This document shows, piece by piece, positions 62,083 through 64,000 of a DNA stretch of 64,000 nt. Positions within the stretch are counted from its first letter, which is position 1. Every line of letters begins with the position of its first letter. This DNA comes from Gammaproteobacteria bacterium. GTDB lineage: Bacteria; Pseudomonadota; Gammaproteobacteria; GCA-001735895. The position numbers were made by a program, and so were the translations under genes. The notes under the pieces are model-generated. The model had not been told where the DNA came from. It made no database searches and saw only the letters and a program-made list of their open reading frames with translations. The DNA is taken from assembly GCA_050298595.1 (NCBI GenBank), contig JBNKUM010000101.1, positions 1-64,000 of the forward strand. The letters are read 5' to 3'.

Positions 62083-62646
62083 CTATTTATCAATTATGGA
62101 ATTATAAGCCTGGTGTAGACGAGTGCTAACCTCTAATACATCGAAAGTTGCAGCCTCTCCCTTGGCACCGCCTTGCATTATGTGAACATTAATGTCAAAG
62201 CGCTCATCTTTAGTTGTAGAAACTAAACCAAAGCTACTTCCTCCAGGACCAAAAAACGGTGTTGTAGTTTGTGAGCGGGAGCCCACATTTGGGAACCTCT
62301 TGGCTCGTTCAGCCAAAGGTGTTAAGAGCATTGAGCGTTCATATTCAGGGATATCTAAGAGTGTCCCTGCTGGGCCAACTTCAACCGCAACAGATAGGAT
62401 GTAATCAGGATCGCTGGCAGGAGGCTGATAGACGAATATATAAACTATTTTAGATCCTTCCAAATTAGTTGAAAGCTCACCAGACCCAATGATGGATTGA
62501 AAAAAATTTTTTGTAATAACTTTATTCCAAAGACTAACTTCTTCCGAATCGAAATTTTCACTGGAATTGCTCATCGCACATGATGACAGCATCAACAACA
62601 AAACCGTTACTTTGACAACCGATGATGTGATTTTGAAAAAATACAT
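62083..62646 (-). CDS. Hypothetical lipoprotein
   Basis: AAGGAGG RBS; hydrophobic signal with LSSC lipobox. Confidence 0.7.
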   Translation of the reverse strand: MYFFKITSSVVKVTVLLLMLSSCAMSNSSENFDSEEVSLWNKVITKNFFQSIIGSGELSTNLEGSKIVYIFVYQPPASDPDYILSVAVEVGPAGTLLDIPEYERSMLLTPLAERAKRFPNVGSRSQTTTPFFGPGGSSFGLVSTTKDERFDINVHIMQGGAKGEAATFDVLEVSTRLHQAYNSIIDK

Positions 62647-62704
62647 TTATAGTTCCTCCTTACATTATGCACTTCGTGTTCCGACTGAATAGCGATTTGA
62701 GCCT

Positions 62705-63427
62705 AATGAGTCTTTTATTAACTATTTTCCTGATATCCGACTCGTCAATCGAAATGCAGAGCATATCGTTCAATGGCTCACGTTTACTGGTCACAGCTCT
62801 AAACTGACTGACTGGCAATTTCGTCAACAGGTGGATGCCCTGAGATTGCTGTTTTCTCATTACTTGAAACAAGCCTGGGCCACGGATTTCGATTGGACCT
62901 TCTGGTTGAGAGGCGCTATTCGACTTGAAGACAACCATGCCTCGATAGCCTGAACCTATGAAATGATTGAAAAAGCCGTAGATGGCCCTGAAGGCTACTT
63001 TGCGCAAACATTTCCAGACATTTTCAGGCAATTTTTGGTAGCCGTTCGAGTTCCAGACTACGTTGCCAATACTGAAAAAAGTTATCTTGGTTGGATTAAT
63101 CGCTTCCTTCGTTATCATAATGGGTGTCATCCTTTCAAATTAGCCGAGCCCGAGGTAGCTGCCTTTTTAGAACATTTGGTGTTAAAACGCAAGGTTTCGG
63201 GATCAACCCAATCTCAAGCACTCAATGCAATTGTTTTCTTTTTTAACAAAGTTATCGAAAGACCGCCAGGTCAAATTGAAAGCTATCAACGCCCCAATCT
63301 TCCAAAAAGAATCCCTACAGTACTAAACCCAGAAGATATCGCTCCTTTATTTGCCTATATATCGGGATTAAATGGCTTGATGATTAAACTGATGTACGGC
63401 ACTGGAATGAGGGTCATTGCTAATTAA
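62705..63427 (+). pseudogene. Integron-integrase (IntI-like, N-terminally extended type) pseudogene
   Basis: DWQFRQQVDALRLLF...DFDWTFW...HASIA*TYEM with an in-frame TGA at 62951; then TEKSYLGWINRF, VAAFLEHL..KRKVSGSTQSQALNA, IPTVL and LMYGTGMRV, ending before the catalytic C-terminal half. Confidence 0.8.
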
Positions 63428-63786
63428 AGACCCACCAATTGAAAAGCAAATTAATCTTAAGCTATTCAGCTACGGCTTCAGTCAAAAGATAGTGGTGTTA
63501 AGAAGAAATCCCTGATTTGTTTATCTGTATTGTGTTGTGTTCATTGAATGGTTTCTCAAGACAAAATGACCCTGCAACCTGTGATACAAGGTTGGAGCTT
63601 GAAAGAATTTTCAGGGGAGGAGTTATTTATCAGGAAAAATTTCAGCGCAACGTTTCACACCGTGCACCCAGTTTTTTCAGTTATTTTTCACTGTTGAGGT
63701 CAGTTTAGTAATTACTGCGATCTGACCCCGTTTTTCCACAATATTGCTTTTCAGTCCTGGCCATCGTGGAGAAGAACAAACTGCAA

Positions 63787-64000
63787 TTACATGTCAGCAG
63801 TATATCCATGCCGGTGAAAAAAACGTTGTAACTCCTGTGGTTTGGGGGCTACCCCGGTAAATGTTTTGACATATTCGGCAATACGCTTCATGCGCACAGC
63901 AAGGGGTTCTCTGGTTTGCATGGAGATATATCCAATCTGCACCAGGTAGATGGTACGGGCATGGACACCCGCCTCCATCTCACCATAGCCATAGCGTGTA
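63787..64000 (-). CDS. C-terminal part of a TetR/AcrR-family regulator (partial)
   Basis: Open to the window edge: RYGYGEMEAGVHARTIYLVQIGYISM...RIAEYVKTFTG resembles a TetR C-terminal domain; HTH not in window. Confidence 0.6.
   Translation of the reverse strand, partial: TRYGYGEMEAGVHARTIYLVQIGYISMQTREPLAVRMKRIAEYVKTFTGVAPKPQELQRFFHRHGYTADM

Noticed and set aside
61300-62646. Treating the two orphan genes as integron cassettes of the adjacent intI relic
   Set aside because: No GTTRRRY/attI upstream and no attC after either gene; they have their own RBS and promoter-like sequence.
62660-63130. 156-aa minus-strand ORF, and the many other short ORFs overlapping long genes
   Set aside because: Antisense or alternate-frame shadows of recognisable genes or pseudogenes, with no motifs of their own.
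48750-64000. Prophage or ICE integrated at tRNA-Pro
   Set aside because: No phage structural or conjugation genes, no intact integrase and no att duplication within the window.

Overview
Chromosomal window from a Gammaproteobacterium, probably marine; this is inferred from gene content. About 0.7-48.7 kb is mostly housekeeping: an ACP/FAAL/acyltransferase fusion, a polyamine-type ABC transporter, a complete pstSCAB-phoU / PiT / phoBR phosphate locus with Pho boxes, a sigma28-driven CxxCH chemoreceptor, an RND pump, a group 3d NAD-linked [NiFe]-hydrogenase (hoxFUYHW), c-di-GMP enzymes, monomeric isocitrate dehydrogenase and msrA. This part carries many short decayed gene remnants, including a degenerate cobalamin riboswitch with a btuB fragment. 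The window opens with an integron attC site. After tRNA-Pro(CGG) at 48.7 kb the sequence becomes an AT-richer accessory region with a RAYT transposase relic, an HD-GYP gene, a GH16-CBM2 enzyme, a MITE with a 5-bp target duplication and an integron-integrase pseudogene. The best candidate for an undescribed system is a tightly coupled four-gene operon at 51031-57867 (- strand). It encodes an unknown coiled-coil/beta protein, a MotA/PomA-like subunit lacking the rotor-contact motif, a MotB-like peptidoglycan anchor and a 1417-aa Upf1-like SF1 helicase. This resembles Zorya-type defence logic but matches no Zorya type I know.
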